From Squalus acanthias (lineage: Eukaryota): DNA of 64,000 nucleotides. A program made the translations under genes and the position numbers. The notes beneath the pieces are model-generated. The model saw only the letters and a program-made list of their open reading frames with translations. It did not search any database and had not been told where the DNA came from. Below are positions 36,581 to 49,001 of the stretch, one piece after another (the first letter of the stretch is position 1; the number at the start of each line of letters is the position of its first letter). The DNA lies in assembly GCA_030390025.1 (NCBI GenBank), contig CM059431.1, positions 100,876,001-100,940,000 on the forward strand. Direction: 5' to 3'.

Positions 36581-37236
36581 ATTACAGCCCCAATCACTCT
36601 CAGAGAGTGGAGAGCTCAGGCATCGTGCAGCAATGAGGCTTCAAAAACTTTCAGCAGGCACCAGACTGGTGTGAGGAATAAAGTTTGGCCTATCTGACCA
36701 CCACTGCCTTTAATTTTCGCTCCCCAAGCGGCCAGCCGAGGTAACAACGCCTCCTGTTGCTGCCGTTGTTGACGCCCGGCGATGCAGCAGGGGGCGGGAG
36801 CGAATTTCACATCCGGGGCGGTAACGGGGCGCTGCGCACTTGATGACATCACGATCTATGGGGGCGCTAGAGACCGAGGCGGTACGTGTTAGCACCAGCG
36901 CAAAACTGCCAGGGAAGTTTGCGGGTGTCGCTGAATTTGCCGCGCCCGGTTGGTAACCCCTTAGCACCCCGTTACTGCCCCCCGCAGGCGATAACAGGAG
37001 GCGCAAAGCAGCCGGATTTCTAGCCCATAGTGTTCAGTGTATCCTGGTGAGTACTGGATTAAGAAAATGATTCACTAAAGGGTCAGGCACAGTTAGATGG
37101 CTGAACTAAGTGGGGAAGGGGGAGGGGAAAGGGGGCAGGAAAGGATGGGGATAATAGGGGATTGGAGAGGATGTGAGGAGAATAGGAAAAGGAGGAGGAG
37201 GAGGAGGGGCAGGTAAGGGGGAAGAAGAGGGTCACG

Positions 37237-37900
37237 ACAACAATAACAACTTGCAGTTATATAGCAACTTTTAACGGAGTAAAAATGAACAGCTACAATT
37301 ATCAAACAAAATTTGACACCGAGCCACATAAGGCGATATTAGGATAGGTGACCAAAAGCTTGGTCAAAGAGGTAGGTTTTAAGGAGCGTCTTAAAGGAGG
37401 AGAGAGAGGTGGAGAGGTTTAGGGAGTGAATTCAAGAGCTTAGGGCCTCGGCAGCTGAAGGCACGGCCATCAATGGTGGAGCGATTAAAATCGGGGATGC
37501 GCAAGAGGCCAGAATTGGAGGAGTGTAGCGATCTCGGGGGGGTTGTAGGGCTGGAGGAGGTTTCAGAGATAGGGAGGGGGCGGGGCCATGGAGGGATTTC
37601 AACACAAGGATGAAAATGTTTAAATCGAGGCTTTGCCGGACTGGGAGCCAATGTAAGTCAGCGAGCACAGGGGTGATGGGTGAATGGGATTTGGTGTGAG
37701 TTAGGATACGGGCAGCAGAGTTTTGGATCAGGTCAAGTTTACGGAGGGTGCAAAGTGGGAGGCAGGCCAGGAGAGCGTTGGGATAGTCGAGACAAGAGTC
37801 AAAAAAGGCTTGGATGAGGGTTTGAGCAGCAGATGAGCTGAGGCCGAGGTGGAGATGGGCGATATTACTAAGGTGGAACTAGGCGATCTTGGTGATGGGG
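37237..37900 (-). mobile_element. L2 3' fragment
   Basis: LADLHWLPVRQSLD...GRAFSC; (caa)n tail. Confidence 0.87.
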
Positions 37901-38072
37901 AGCATATGGGGAGGAGGGGTGGAGAATGTTTAGCATTTTAGTGCTGGGGGGGGGGGGAGTTTCCCAGTGGCTTGTTTTGACACTCTGTGGAAGGTGGGGG
38001 GTGATGTGGGTCAGGAACAATTCCCCTGCCCAGTGGGGAGGGGGCTGTTAGATTGGGTCAAGGTCAGTGTAT

Positions 38073-38470
38073 CTTTGGAGTTTTGAAGAATGAGAGGTGA
38101 TCTCATTGAAACATATAAAATTCTTAAGAGGGCTTGACAGGGTATATGCTGAGAGTCTGTTTCCCCTGGCTGGAGAGTCTAGAACTAGGGGGCACCGTCT
38201 CAGGATAAGGGGGCGGCCATTTAAGACTGAGATGAGGAGAAATTTCTTCACTCAGAGGGTTGTGAGTCTTTGGAATTCTCTACCCCAGAGGGTTGTAGAT
38301 GTTCAGTTATTGAGTATATTCAAGACTGAGATCAATAGATTCGTGCGCACTAAGGGGATATGGGGATCAGGCGGGAAAGTGGGGTTGAGGTCGAAGATCA
38401 GCCATGATCTTATTGAATGGCGGAGCAGGCTCGAGGGGCCATATGGCCGACTCCTGCTCCTATTTCTTAT
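38073..38470 (+). mobile_element. CR1 3' fragment
   Basis: ORF 38097-38507 (GESRTRGH...RNFFTQRVV). Confidence 0.88.
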
Positions 38471-38859
38471 GGTATGCAGGTGGGTCAGCAACAATTTTAC
38501 CGCGTAGTGAGGGGGGAGGAGGTAGAGAGGCTGAAGTGTTTGTCCGTGGGTGGTGGGTCAGAGTACGGTTGTTTATGGTAAATGGACTAGCAACCCAGAG
38601 GTCACGAGTTCACATGTGCGTACCGAATTGTGAAATTGAACCCAGGCTGGGTGATTGGTACTGTAATTAAATGTTGACGCTTTTATTACGGCTTTTCCCA
38701 TTGAAATAGCATGACACAGGATGTTGATACAGCAACCCACACAGGGATTTTAATATATAACCCGTCGATTTACCATGATTTTGCAAATAGGAAGTGAATA
38801 CTGACTTCAGTATTCAGAAGGCGGTTGGATAATTGGACCCAGGTGAGGGAGTGGGGTCA

Positions 38860-40260
38860 GAGAAGGAGGGATGGGGGAGGGAGGAGATAGATGGAGGAGA
38901 TGAGTGAGGGAAAGAGGGGAGGGGTGAGGGAGGAAGAGAGGGTAGAGATAGGGAGAGGGGAATGGAGGAAAGTGGATGGCATGAGGGACAGGAAGGGGGA
39001 TGGGAGGGGGACAGGAAGGGGGAGGGGAGGGGGACAGGAAGGGGAGGGGAGGGGGACAGGAAGGGGGAGGGGAGGGGGACAGGAAGGGGGAGCGGAGGGG
39101 GACAGGAAGGGGGAGGGGAGGGGGACAGGAAGGGGGAGGGGAGGGTGACGGGAAGGGGAGGGAGGGGAGGGGGAGGGGAGGGGGAGGGGAAGGGGGAGGG
39201 GAAGGGGGAGGGGAAGGGGGACGGGAAGGGGAAGGGGGACGGGAAGGGGGAGGGGGACAGGAAGGGAAGGGGGAGGGGGACAGGAAGGGGAGGGGAGGGG
39301 AGGGGAGGGGAGGGGGACAGGAAGGGGAGGGGAGGGGGACAGGAAGGGGAGGGGAGGGGGACAGGAAGGGGAGGGGAGGGGGGACAGGAAGGGGAGGGGA
39401 GGGGACAGGAAGGGGAGGGGAGGGGGACAGGAAGGGGAGGGGAGGGGGAAGGAAGGGGAGGGGAGGGGGAGGGGACAGGAAGGGGGAGGGGGAGGGAGGG
39501 GAGGGGAGGGGGAGGGAGGGGGAGGGGAGGGGAGGGAGGGGGAGGGAGGGGGAGGGAAGGGGGAGGGAGGGGGAGGGGAGAGGGAGGGAAGGGGGAGGGG
39601 AGAGGGAGGGAAGGGGGAGGGGAGGGGGAGGGAGGGGGGAGGGGGGGGGGGGGGGGGGGGGAAGGGGAGGGGGGGGGAGGGAAGGGGAGGGGAGGGGGAG
39701 GGAAGGGGGAGGGAAGGGGGAGGGGAGGGGGAGGGGAGGGGGAGGGGAGGGGGAGGGGAGGGGGCGGGGAGGGGGAGGGGAGAGGGAGGGAAGGGGGGAG
39801 GGGAGGGGGACGGGAGGGGGAGGGGAGGGGGACGGGAAGGGGGAGGGGAGGGGGACGGGAAGGGGGAGGGAAGGGGGAGGGGAGGGGGACGGGAAGGGGG
39901 AGGGAAGGGGGAGGGGAAGGGGGAGGGGAGGGAGATGGGAAGGGGGAGGGAAGGGAGACGGGAAGGGGGAGGGGAGGGAGACGGGAAGGGGGAGGGGAGG
40001 GGGACAGGAAGGGGGAGGGGAGGGGGACAGGAAGGGGGAGGGGAGGGGAGGGGGACAGGAAGGGGGAGGGGAGGGGAGGGGGACAGGAAGGGGGAGGGGA
40101 GGGGAGGGGAGGGGGACAGGAAGGGGGAGGGGAGGGGGACAGGAAGGGGGAGGGGAGGGGGACAGGAAGGGGGAGAAAGGGGAGGGGAGGGGGACAGGAA
40201 GGGGGAGAAAGGGGAGGGGAGGGGGACAGGAAGGGGGAGAAAGGGGTGGGGAGGAGGCAG
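38860..40260. repeat. Polypurine G-rich tract / degenerate minisatellite of about 23 bp
   Basis: Almost only G and A on the plus strand, unit gggggacaggaagggggagggga. Source of the Pro-rich and Gly-rich ORFs. Confidence 0.95.
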
Positions 40261-40444
40261 AAACATAGGATAATGAACAAGTGTGTGGCACTGGGCCAGA
40301 GCACATTTATTCACAGTAGGGGGTGGGGGGGGAGGTTGATGGGGAGAGGGCGAGGACGGAGGTTTGGGAGGAGAGGAAGAGGAGGAGGACAGGGGGTGAA
40401 GTAGAAGCATTGGGAGGCACTGAGTCAGGGCCAAGTTTCAATAT

Positions 40445-40920
40445 CTAACTGAGGTGTTTAAGATGATTAAAGGAGTTACATAGAATTAACAGCACAGAAA
40501 CAGGCCATTCGGCACAACTAGTCCATGGCGGCCTCCTCCCACCTCTCTTCACCTCACCCTATCAGCATAACCTTCTATTTCTAGTGTAGATAGAGAGAAA
40601 CTATTTCCTCTGGTGGGGGGAGTCCTGAACAAGGGGGAATCACCTTAAAATTAGAGCCAGGCTGTTCAGGGGTGATGTCAGGAAGCCTTTCTTCACACAA
40701 AGGGTGGTGGAAATCTGGAACTCTCCCCTAAAAAGCTGTTGAGGCTGGGGGTCAACTGAAAATTTCAAAACTGAGATTGATAGATTTTTGTTCGGTAAAG
40801 GGTGTTAAGGATTACGGAACCAAGGAGGGTAGATGGAGTTAAGATACAGATCATCCATGATCCTAACTGAATGGCATAGCAGGCTGGAGGGGCTGAATGG
40901 CCTCCTCCTGTTCACATGTT
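40445..40920 (+). mobile_element. CR1 3' fragment with a short antisense CR1 tail inside
   Basis: Matches the 11708-12195 family; an antisense tail piece lies at about 40480-40580. Confidence 0.75.
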
Positions 40921-41314
40921 CTTTATAGTGGGAGGGGGAGCTGCCAGGGCCCAATTCCAAACCATTGGGGGAGAGAGGGTGGAAGTTTTTTTCTTGTGGG
41001 GGTGGGGGTGGTGCAGAATTGTTTTTGGGTGAGAGGCTTCAATAGGCCTGAGTTGTTGCTCAACAGATAGAGAGGGGGGGGGGGGGGGGAAAATAGCTTC
41101 TCATTGGGAGGGGCGACTTACTGTTCATGGGGGGGTGGGGGGGTGAGGAAGAGCTCCAAATTTGTTCGAGCATGGGTGGGCTAATTGCCGGTAAGTGGGG
41201 GGCGGGGGGGGGGGGGGGGGGGGTCAGTGTGAGTGTTTTTACTTGGTGCGTTAAGATAGATGGTTGTATTTCTGCTCAGTTGGGGGAGGGAGATGATGTC
41301 CAGATGATGGTATA

Positions 41315-41745
41315 GAAAGAAAGACTTGCATTTATATCGCGCATGTCACGACCTCAGGACATCCTAATGTGCTTTACAGCCGATTAAGTACTTTTGAATT
41401 ATAGCCACTCTTGTTATGTAGGAAACATGGCAGCCAATTTCTATACAGCAAGCTCCCACAAACAGCAATGTGATAATCTGTTTCTTTAGTGATGTTGGTA
41501 GAGGGATAAATATTGGCTAGGACACTGGGGAGAATGCCCCTGCTCTTCTTCGAAATAGTGCCATGGGATCTTTTACATCCACCCGAGAGGGCAGATGCTT
41601 TAATGTCTCACCTGAAAGGCAGGACCTCCGACAGTGCAGCGCTCCCTCAGTACTGCATTGGGGAGTGTCAACCCAGATTTTGTGCTCAAGTCTCTGGAGT
41701 GGGGCTTGAACCCACGGCCTTCTGACTCAGAGGCGAGAGTGTTAC
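41315..41745 (-). mobile_element. Deu-domain SINE
   Basis: Near full length; matches the family. Confidence 0.83.
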
Positions 41746-41984
41746 TTGAGACATACAAACGGCTGTTGCACTTGAGACATACAGTTTACGGACTGTGCAG
41801 TTTAGTGTTCAGAACACGTGGCATGTGGGAATCACAGGACACCTCTCCCAGTGATCACAGGATCTGTCTCAGTGTTCTCAGACCCTGAGATCCTCCTCAA
41901 AATACTTCTAGACTCTGAGATCCCATTCGGGTTCTCTCAAATCTCTGGTCGATACCCAGAGGACACACATTTAAGGCAGTCGGC

Positions 41985-42255
41985 AAAAGAACCAAAAGGG
42001 AGATGAGGAGAATTTATTTTTTACGCAGCGAGTTGTTGTGATCTGGAATGCGCTGCCTGAAAGGGCGGTGGAAGCAGATTCAATAATAACTTTCAAAAGG
42101 GAATTCGATAAATACTTGAAAGGGGAAAAATTTGCAGGGCTATAGGGAAAGAGCAGGGGGGAGTGGGACTAATTGGAGAGCTCGTTCAAAGAGCTGGCAC
42201 AGGCACGATGGGCCAAATGGCCTCCTCCTATGCTGTATCATCTTATGATTCTATA
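41985..42255 (+). mobile_element. CR1 3' fragment
   Basis: tggaatgcgctgcctgaaagg...gagctggcacaggcacgatgggcc...tatgattctat. Confidence 0.8.
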
Positions 42256-42919
42256 TCTGCTCACAATGCTTATGTCAGTGCCCTGTTCTTATAAAAGTCC
42301 CAATTCACCAGAAGCAACACCGTGAGGAATCTGCTTTATATATCAGATGGCGACAGATTTGGGATTGGTTGTGATGCTCCTTGCTATTAAATAGCCTCCT
42401 AACTGTCACTGTCTAGGCATATACGTAGAACCCCATAGGTTTACAGCACAGAATAAGCAATCCAAAACTAATTTCACTGCCCTGCTTTCCCCCCATAGCA
42501 ATGCATCTTCCTCAACTTGAAATATTTATCCACTTTTCCCTTAAAAGACACAATGGTCTCTGCCTCAACCATTCCCATTGGCAAAAAATTGTATGCTAAC
42601 AATTCTGAAGACATTTCTCCTAGCCTTGCTTAGTAACAGTTTTAAATTGAAAACCATTCATCACTGACTCCCGAAGTACAGGAAATAGCCTTTTCCTTTT
42701 CACCCTATTAAATGCCTTTAGAATTTTAAAAGCTTCTATTAAATTGTGTGGCCTTCTCTACTCCAATGGAAATAATCCCAGTAACCCAAGTCTCTCCTCA
42801 TAACTATACATGCTGCTTCCTTCTTTTATCTTGGTGAATCTAAGTATATGACCCCTATACCTTTACTGTCCTTTTGACAAATGTGGCCCTGCCATTGCCT
42901 TGTACAATTTTATCTCTTG

Positions 42920-43385
42920 TAAAGAAAGAAATTGCATTTCTATGACGCCTTTCATGACCTCAGGACGTATCAAAGTGCTTTACAGCCGCTGAAGTACTTT
43001 TTGAAGTGGAGTCATTGTTGTAATGTAGGAAACGCGGCAGCCAATTTGCGCACAGCAAGCTCCCACAAACAGCAATTTGATAATGACCAGATAATCTGTT
43101 TTTTAGTGATATTGATTGAGGGATAAACATTGGCCAAGATACCGGGGAGAACTCCCCTGCTCTTCTTCGAAAATGGCCACAGGATCTTTTACATCCACCT
43201 GAGAGAGCAGACGGGGCCTCGATTTAAAGCCTCATCCGAAAGTCGACCTCTCCAACAGTGCAGCGCTGCCTCAGTACTGCACTGGAGTGCCAACCTTGAT
43301 TTTGTGCTCAGGTCTCTGGAGCGGGACTTGAACCCACAACCTTCTGACTCAGAGGCGTGAGTGCTACCCACTGAGCCATGGCTCA
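42920..43385 (-). mobile_element. Deu-domain SINE, full length
   Basis: Head ccactgagccatggct at 43370-43385; tail at 42920-42990. Confidence 0.85.
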
Positions 43386-43387
43386 AA

Positions 43388-46125
43388 GATCTCTCTAAAT
43401 TTGCAGATTATACCAAACTGGGAAGCACTGCACACCACAGGGAAAAGACTGAATAAATCAGAAGGACCTGGATAGATTCAGGAGCTGGCCAGATGAGTGG
43501 CAGATGTTATTGAATATGCACGAATGCAAAGTCATGAGATTGGGAAAGGATAATAAGCAGGGACAATAAATAGTGAGGCTAAATTATATTGTTGTACCAT
43601 GACATGACACAGGAAAGAGATTAGGGGTGGGGGACTGGTCAATACATCATTGAAACCATCAGCACATGTTACTGCAGCAGTAAAGAGAACAAATAGGATC
43701 TTGGGCTGTATATCGAGAGGAATAGAATCATAGGGGCCATAAATATAAGAATAGTCACCAATAAATCCAATAGGGAATTTAGCAGAAACTTCTTTACCCA
43801 GAGAGTGGTGAGAATGTGGAACTCGCTACCACAGAGAGTGGTTGAAGCGAATAACGTAGATGCATTTAAGGTGAAGCGAGATTAAGACAAGGGAGAAAGG
43901 AATAGAAGGTTATGCCAATAGTGATAGATGAGGAGGTGTGGGAGGAGGCTTGTGTGGAGCATAAACAGCGCCATAGACCAGTTGGGCTGAATGGCCTGTT
44001 TCTGCGCGGTAAATTCTTTGTAATAGAATCGTACAGCACGGAAGGGGACCATTCGGCCCATCGTGCCTGTGCCGGCTCTTTGAATGAGCTATCCAATTAG
44101 TCCCACTCCTACACTTTCCCCATAGTCCTGTAAATTTTTTTCCCTTTGAAGTATTTATCCAATTCCCTTTTGAAAGTTACAATTGAATCTGCTTCCACAA
44201 CCCTTTCAGGCAGCGCATTCCAGATCATAACAACTCGCTGCATTAAAAAAATTCTCCTCATCTCCCCCCGGTTTGTTTGCCAATTACCTTAAAGCTCTGC
44301 CCTCCGGTCCCGACCTTCCTGCCAGTGGCAACAGTTTCTCTTTTTACTCTATCAAAACAGCTGATAATTTTGAACACCTCTATCAAATCTCCTCTTATCC
44401 TTCTCTGCTCTAAAGAGAACAATCCCAGTTTCTCCAGTCTCTCCACATAATTGAAGTCCCTCATCCCTGGTACCATTCTAGTAAATCTACTCTCCACTCA
44501 CTCAGAGGCCTTGACATCCTTCCTGAAGTGTGGTGCCCAGAATTGGACACAATAGTGCAGCTGGGGCCTAACCAATAAAGGTTTAGCATAACTTCCTGTT
44601 GGAGAAGAGCAACTAGATTGATAACTGGGATTGGGAACCTGAGTTACGATGAGAGGCTGCAGGAACTGGAATTTTTACACTGGGGAAGAGAAAGCTCAGG
44701 AGAGATTTTATGGATGTATTCAAGATTCTAACAAGTATATAGACAAAAAATGTTGTTAAGCAACAACTTGCATTTTATAGCGCCTTTAACATAGTAAAAT
44801 GTCCCAAGGTGCTTTGACACCGAGCCACATAAGGAGATATTAGGACAGGTGACCAAAAGCTTGGTCAAAGAGGTAGGTTTTAAGGAGCGTCTTAAAGGAA
44901 GAGAGAGATGTAGAGAGGTGGAGAGGTTTAGGGAGGGAATTCCAGAGCTCGGGGCCCAGGCAGCTGAAGGCACGTCTGCCAATGGTGGAGCGATTAAAAT
45001 CGGGGATGCTCAACAGGCCAGAATTAGAGGAGTGCAGAGATCTCAGAGAGTTGTAGGGCTGGAGGTGGTAACTGAGATAGGAAGGGGCAAGGCCATGGAG
45101 GGATCTGAACACAAGGATGCCAATTTTAAATTCGAGGCATTGCTGGACTGGGAGCCAATTCAGGTCAGCGAGCACAGGGGTACTGGGTGAACGGGACTTA
45201 GTGCAATTTAGGATATGGGCAGCACAGTTTTGGATGAGCTCAAGTTTACGGAGGGTGCTAGATGTTTAACATAGTCACAGATTCTACATAAAGAGCCACA
45301 GCTGGAATACTGCATACAATTCTGGGCACCACACTTTAGGAAGGATGTCAAGGCCCTGGAGAGGGTACAGAGGAGGTTTACCAGGATGGTCCCAGGGATG
45401 AGGGACTTCAGTTATGTGGAGAGATTGGAGAAGCTGGGATTGTTCTCCTCAGAGCAGAGAAGGTGAAGGGGAGACCGAACAGAGGTATTCAAAATTATGA
45501 GGGGTTTTGATAGAGCAAGTTGGGAGATACTGTTTCCTCTGGCAAGTGGGTTGGTGACCAGAGGTCAGAGATTTAAAATAATTGGTAAAAGAACTAGAGG
45601 GGAAATGAGGAGAATTTTCTTCACACAAAGGGTTGTTAAGATCGAGAATGCACTACCTGAAAGGGTGGTGGAATCAGATTCCATAGGAACTTTCAAAAGG
45701 CAATTGGACATGTACTTGAAGAGGACTAATTTGCAGGGTTATGGGAAAAGGCTGGGGAGTGGGACTAAATTGGAGAGCTCTTTCAAAGAGCCGGCACAGG
45801 CACGACGGGCCGATTGTACAAAAGAGGGAGGTTGAAAAGACACCTTAGCTTTAACTACTGCACACAAAGGATGGTGCTCACATGGAATGGACTGTCAAGG
45901 GTGGCAATGCGGGTTGAACGTACTAGCAAATTCAACACAAAGGGGTCGAATTTACATGTTACCACTGGGCAGGAAGTGGGCGACAGTGAGTTGGCTTCCT
46001 GTTTTACGCCCTGCCTGACTGAAGTTAACGGAAAGGAAAATCGGGTGCAGTGTAAAACAGGCACAGTTAAAATTGACCCTAGAGCTGGATGAGTACCTGG
46101 CGAAAATTTTGGTAGAGGGGTATCA
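43388..46125. mobile_element. Nested stack: old CR1 (+) split by younger CR1s, an L2 and a MITE
   Basis: Old CR1 pieces at about 43388-43730 (KFADYTKLG), 44600-44730, 45815-45940 and 46081-46125. Inserts: CR1(+) 43735-44020, CR1(-) 44022-44597, L2(-) 44760-45260, CR1(+) 45290-45813, MITE 45942-46080. Confidence 0.7.
45942..46080. mobile_element. Short palindromic MITE-like element interrupting an old CR1
   Basis: Termini gggtcgaattt / aaaattgaccc and internal inverted repeat cctgttttac / gtaaaacagg. CR1-like coding sequence (ELDEYL) resumes directly after it. Confidence 0.55.
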
Positions 46126-46129
46126 GACG

Positions 46130-46380
46130 TATTCTGGTCTCCTGTGCATCCCTGATTTCCATCGCTCCACCATTGGCGGCCGTACCTTCAGCTGCCTGGG
46201 CTCTAAACTCTGGAATTCCCTCCCTAAACCTCTCTACCTCGCTCTCCTTCAAGACACTCCTTAAAACCTATCTCTTTGACCAAGCTTTGGTCACCCGTCC
46301 TAATATCTCCTCATGTGACTCGTTGTTTGATAACGGTCCTGTGAAGCACCTTGGGATGTTTTAATACGTTAAAGGCTGTT
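46130..46380 (+). mobile_element. L2 3' fragment
   Basis: SGLLCIPDFHRSTIGGRTFSCLGSKLWNSLP. Confidence 0.8.
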
Positions 46381-46444
46381 GTATTATGGGTTATGATATA
46401 CCGTAGCCACTGAGACCGACGCCAGATGGACTGCGATGGTCAGT

Positions 46445-46682
46445 ACAGAAGAAGAACAGGGGAGTTCTCCCCGCTGTCCTGGGCCAATAATTCTCCCTCA
46501 ACCAACATCACTAAAACAGATTACCTGGTGATTATCACATTGCTGTGCGCAAATTGGCTGCCGCGTTTCCTACATTACAACAGTGACTACGTTTCAAAAG
46601 TACTTCATTGACCGTAAAGCGCTTTGGGACATCCTGAGGTTGTGAAAGGCGCTGTATAAATGCAAGTCTTTCTTTTTCTTTT
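46445..46682 (+). mobile_element. Deu-domain SINE 3' part
   Basis: Matches the family. Confidence 0.8.
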
Positions 46683-47747
46683 ACAGACTAGTATCTAATC
46701 TTGAGATGCTGAATTAAAAGTCCAGTCCTCTTGTATTGCAACTATGGCATCAGAGAGCCCAGGTTTAATCTTTTCTTTTAATACAAGCTTTCTTTCTTCA
46801 ACCTTTATTCTGATGTAAAACTAATATTCCAAAAATATATTTTGTAAAGCAGTTAATATACATCAACAAAATATGAGTAAAATTTCTATAGTCAGACTTT
46901 GAAAGCCTATTTCCACTGGAGAATGCCAGTTTCAACAATTCTAGTAAAATTTCCCATTTATTTTCCTTAGTAAAACATCTACTGCTCAGTTTTTTCCAGT
47001 TGCCAGCCTTTTCCTGGGTGTATTAGCTAAAAACAGGAAATTGTCGGGGAACACCAGATCATAATCCAAATAATCAGTCAAAACCACAGCCCTGCAAACA
47101 GGAACTTCTTCACTTCACACAGAGAGAGTAACTAAGGTAATAAGGCATCAGTGACTAAGATGACATCAGGGAAAAAGAGAAATAAGTCAAAGCTAAAGGC
47201 ACTATATCTGAATGCGCGAAGCATTCGCAACAAAATAGATGAATTAATAGCGCAGATAGAAATGAACAGGTTTGATCTAATAGCCATAACAGAGACGTGG
47301 TTGCAAAGTGGCCAAATTTGGGAACTAAATGTTCCAGGATACATAACTTTTAGAAGGGATAGGCAATATGGAAAAGCCCTGATAATAAAGGATGGGATAA
47401 AGACAGTAGAGAGAAAGGATCTTAGCTTCGAAAATCAAGAAGTAGAATCAGTTTGGGTGGAGCTAAGAAACAGCAAGGGGCAGAAAACATTGGTGGGAGT
47501 TGTTTATAGGCCCCCAAACAGTAATTGTAATGTAGGGCAGAGTATAAATCAGGAAATTAGAGGCGCATGTAACAAGGGTAATACAGTAATCATGGGCGAC
47601 TTTAATCTACATATAGACTGGGCAAACCAAATTTGCAGTAATAGTGTGGAGGACGAATTCATGGAATGTATGCAAGATAGTTTTCTAGATCAGTATGTTG
47701 AGGAACCAACTAGGGAACAGGCTATTTTAGATCTAGTATTGTGTAAC

Positions 47748-48280
47748 ATAGAAGATAGGAGCAGGAGTAGGCCATCCGGCCCTTCGAGCCTGCTCCGCCA
47801 TTTAATGAGATCATGGCTGATCCTCCAATTCAGTATCCCGTCCCCGCCTTCTCTCCGTAACCCTTAACCCCTTTTGCCTGTAGAAATACATCTAATTCCC
47901 TCTTAAATATATTTAATGAGCTGGCGTACACTGCCCTCTGTGGCAATGAGTTCCACAGGTTCACCACCCTCTGAGTGAAGAAATTCCCCCTCATTTCTGT
48001 CCTAAATGGTTTAGCCCTTATCCTTAAATTATGTCCTCTAGTTCTGTTCTCACCCGCCAAGGGAAACATTCCTTCTGCATCTAGTCTGTCTAGACCTGTC
48101 AGAATTTTATACACTTCTATGAGGTCCCCTCTCAATCTTCTAAACTCCAGTGTGTACATCCCTAAACTACATAGTCTCTCCTCATAGGTCAATCCCGCCA
48201 TTCCTGGTATCAGCCTGGTGAATCGCCGCTGCACCCCCTCCATGGCAAGAACATCTTTCCTCAGATGAGGCGACCAAAAC
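47748..48280 (-). mobile_element. 5'-truncated CR1 inserted antisense into the long CR1
   Basis: ORF 47830-48243 is the CR1 ORF2 C-terminus. TSD tgtaac at 47742-47747 and 48281-48286. Confidence 0.9.
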
Positions 48281-48563
48281 TGTAACGAGAAAGGGTTAAT
48301 TAATAACCTTGTAGTAAAGAGGCCTTTAAGGAAGAGTGACCATAATATGATAGAATTTTACATTGAGTTTGAAAGTGACTTAGTTAAATCCGAAACTAGG
48401 GTCTTAAATCTAAACAAAGCAAACTATGTAGGTATGAGGGGCGAGTTGGTGAAGGTAGATTGGGAAACTACATTAAAAGGTATGACAGTGGACGAGCAAT
48501 GGCTAGCATTTAAAGTGAAAAGTCGCACAACACCAGGTTATAGTCCAACAGTTTTATTTGAAA

Positions 48564-48600
48564 TCACAAGCTTTCGGAGCGCTGCTCCTTCGTCAGGTGA
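48564..48600 (-). ncRNA. Minimal type I hammerhead ribozyme motif (CLYBL sense strand)
   Basis: The reverse complement reads tcac-CTGACGA-A-GGAGC agc GCTCC-GAA-AGCT-T-gtga. Confidence 0.75.
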
Positions 48601-48963
48601 AGTAAAGGAATACAAATCGACAAAGCATATATAGATAGAGAACAATGCATGTGTAGCGTACAATGGCAGACGACTACATTTAATCCTCCTGACTGCCTTT
48701 TGTCACACCTCGGCAGAGAAACAATCAGGTCAGCCAGGAAGGCACCACATCAAAGACATAGCAAGATACAACTGAGACAATGAGGTGGGGTTACAGGGGG
48801 TCTAATGTGTCAAAAGCTGCAGTCTGTATGGAAAACGATAAACTTTAAAATTTTTACTTTTTTTTACTGGAAATCACAAAAGTAAAAATGTTAAAGTTTA
48901 TTGTACGCTACACATGCATTGTTCTCTATCTATATATGCTTTGTCGATTTGTATTCCTTTACT

Positions 48964-49001
48964 TCACCTGACGAAGGAGCAGCCGCTCCGAAAGCTTGTG
49001 A
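48964..49001 (+). ncRNA. Minimal type I hammerhead ribozyme motif
   Basis: tcac-CTGACGA-A-GGAGC agcc GCTCC-GAA-AGCT-T-gtga, followed by AATAAA at 49007-49012. Confidence 0.75.

Larger units (their letters stand above)
33999..37026. mobile_element. GC-rich MITE-like element split by nested RTE and CR1 insertions
   Basis: TIRs gggctaggaat / atttctagccc. Shares ggggcgataactt, ggcgctgcgcac..gatgacatcac and ggaggcgcaaagca with 6744-7441. Confidence 0.7.

Noticed and set aside
36009..36581. Apparent RTE-CR1 fusion protein
   Set aside because: The frame runs past the RTE end into an out-of-frame part of the CR1. The cattc duplication favours separate insertions.
38807..40434. Pro-rich and Gly/Glu/Arg-rich ORFs of 420-525 aa
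   Set aside because: They result from a G/A-only tract that cannot contain stop codons; multiple frames on both strands are open and no domain is present.
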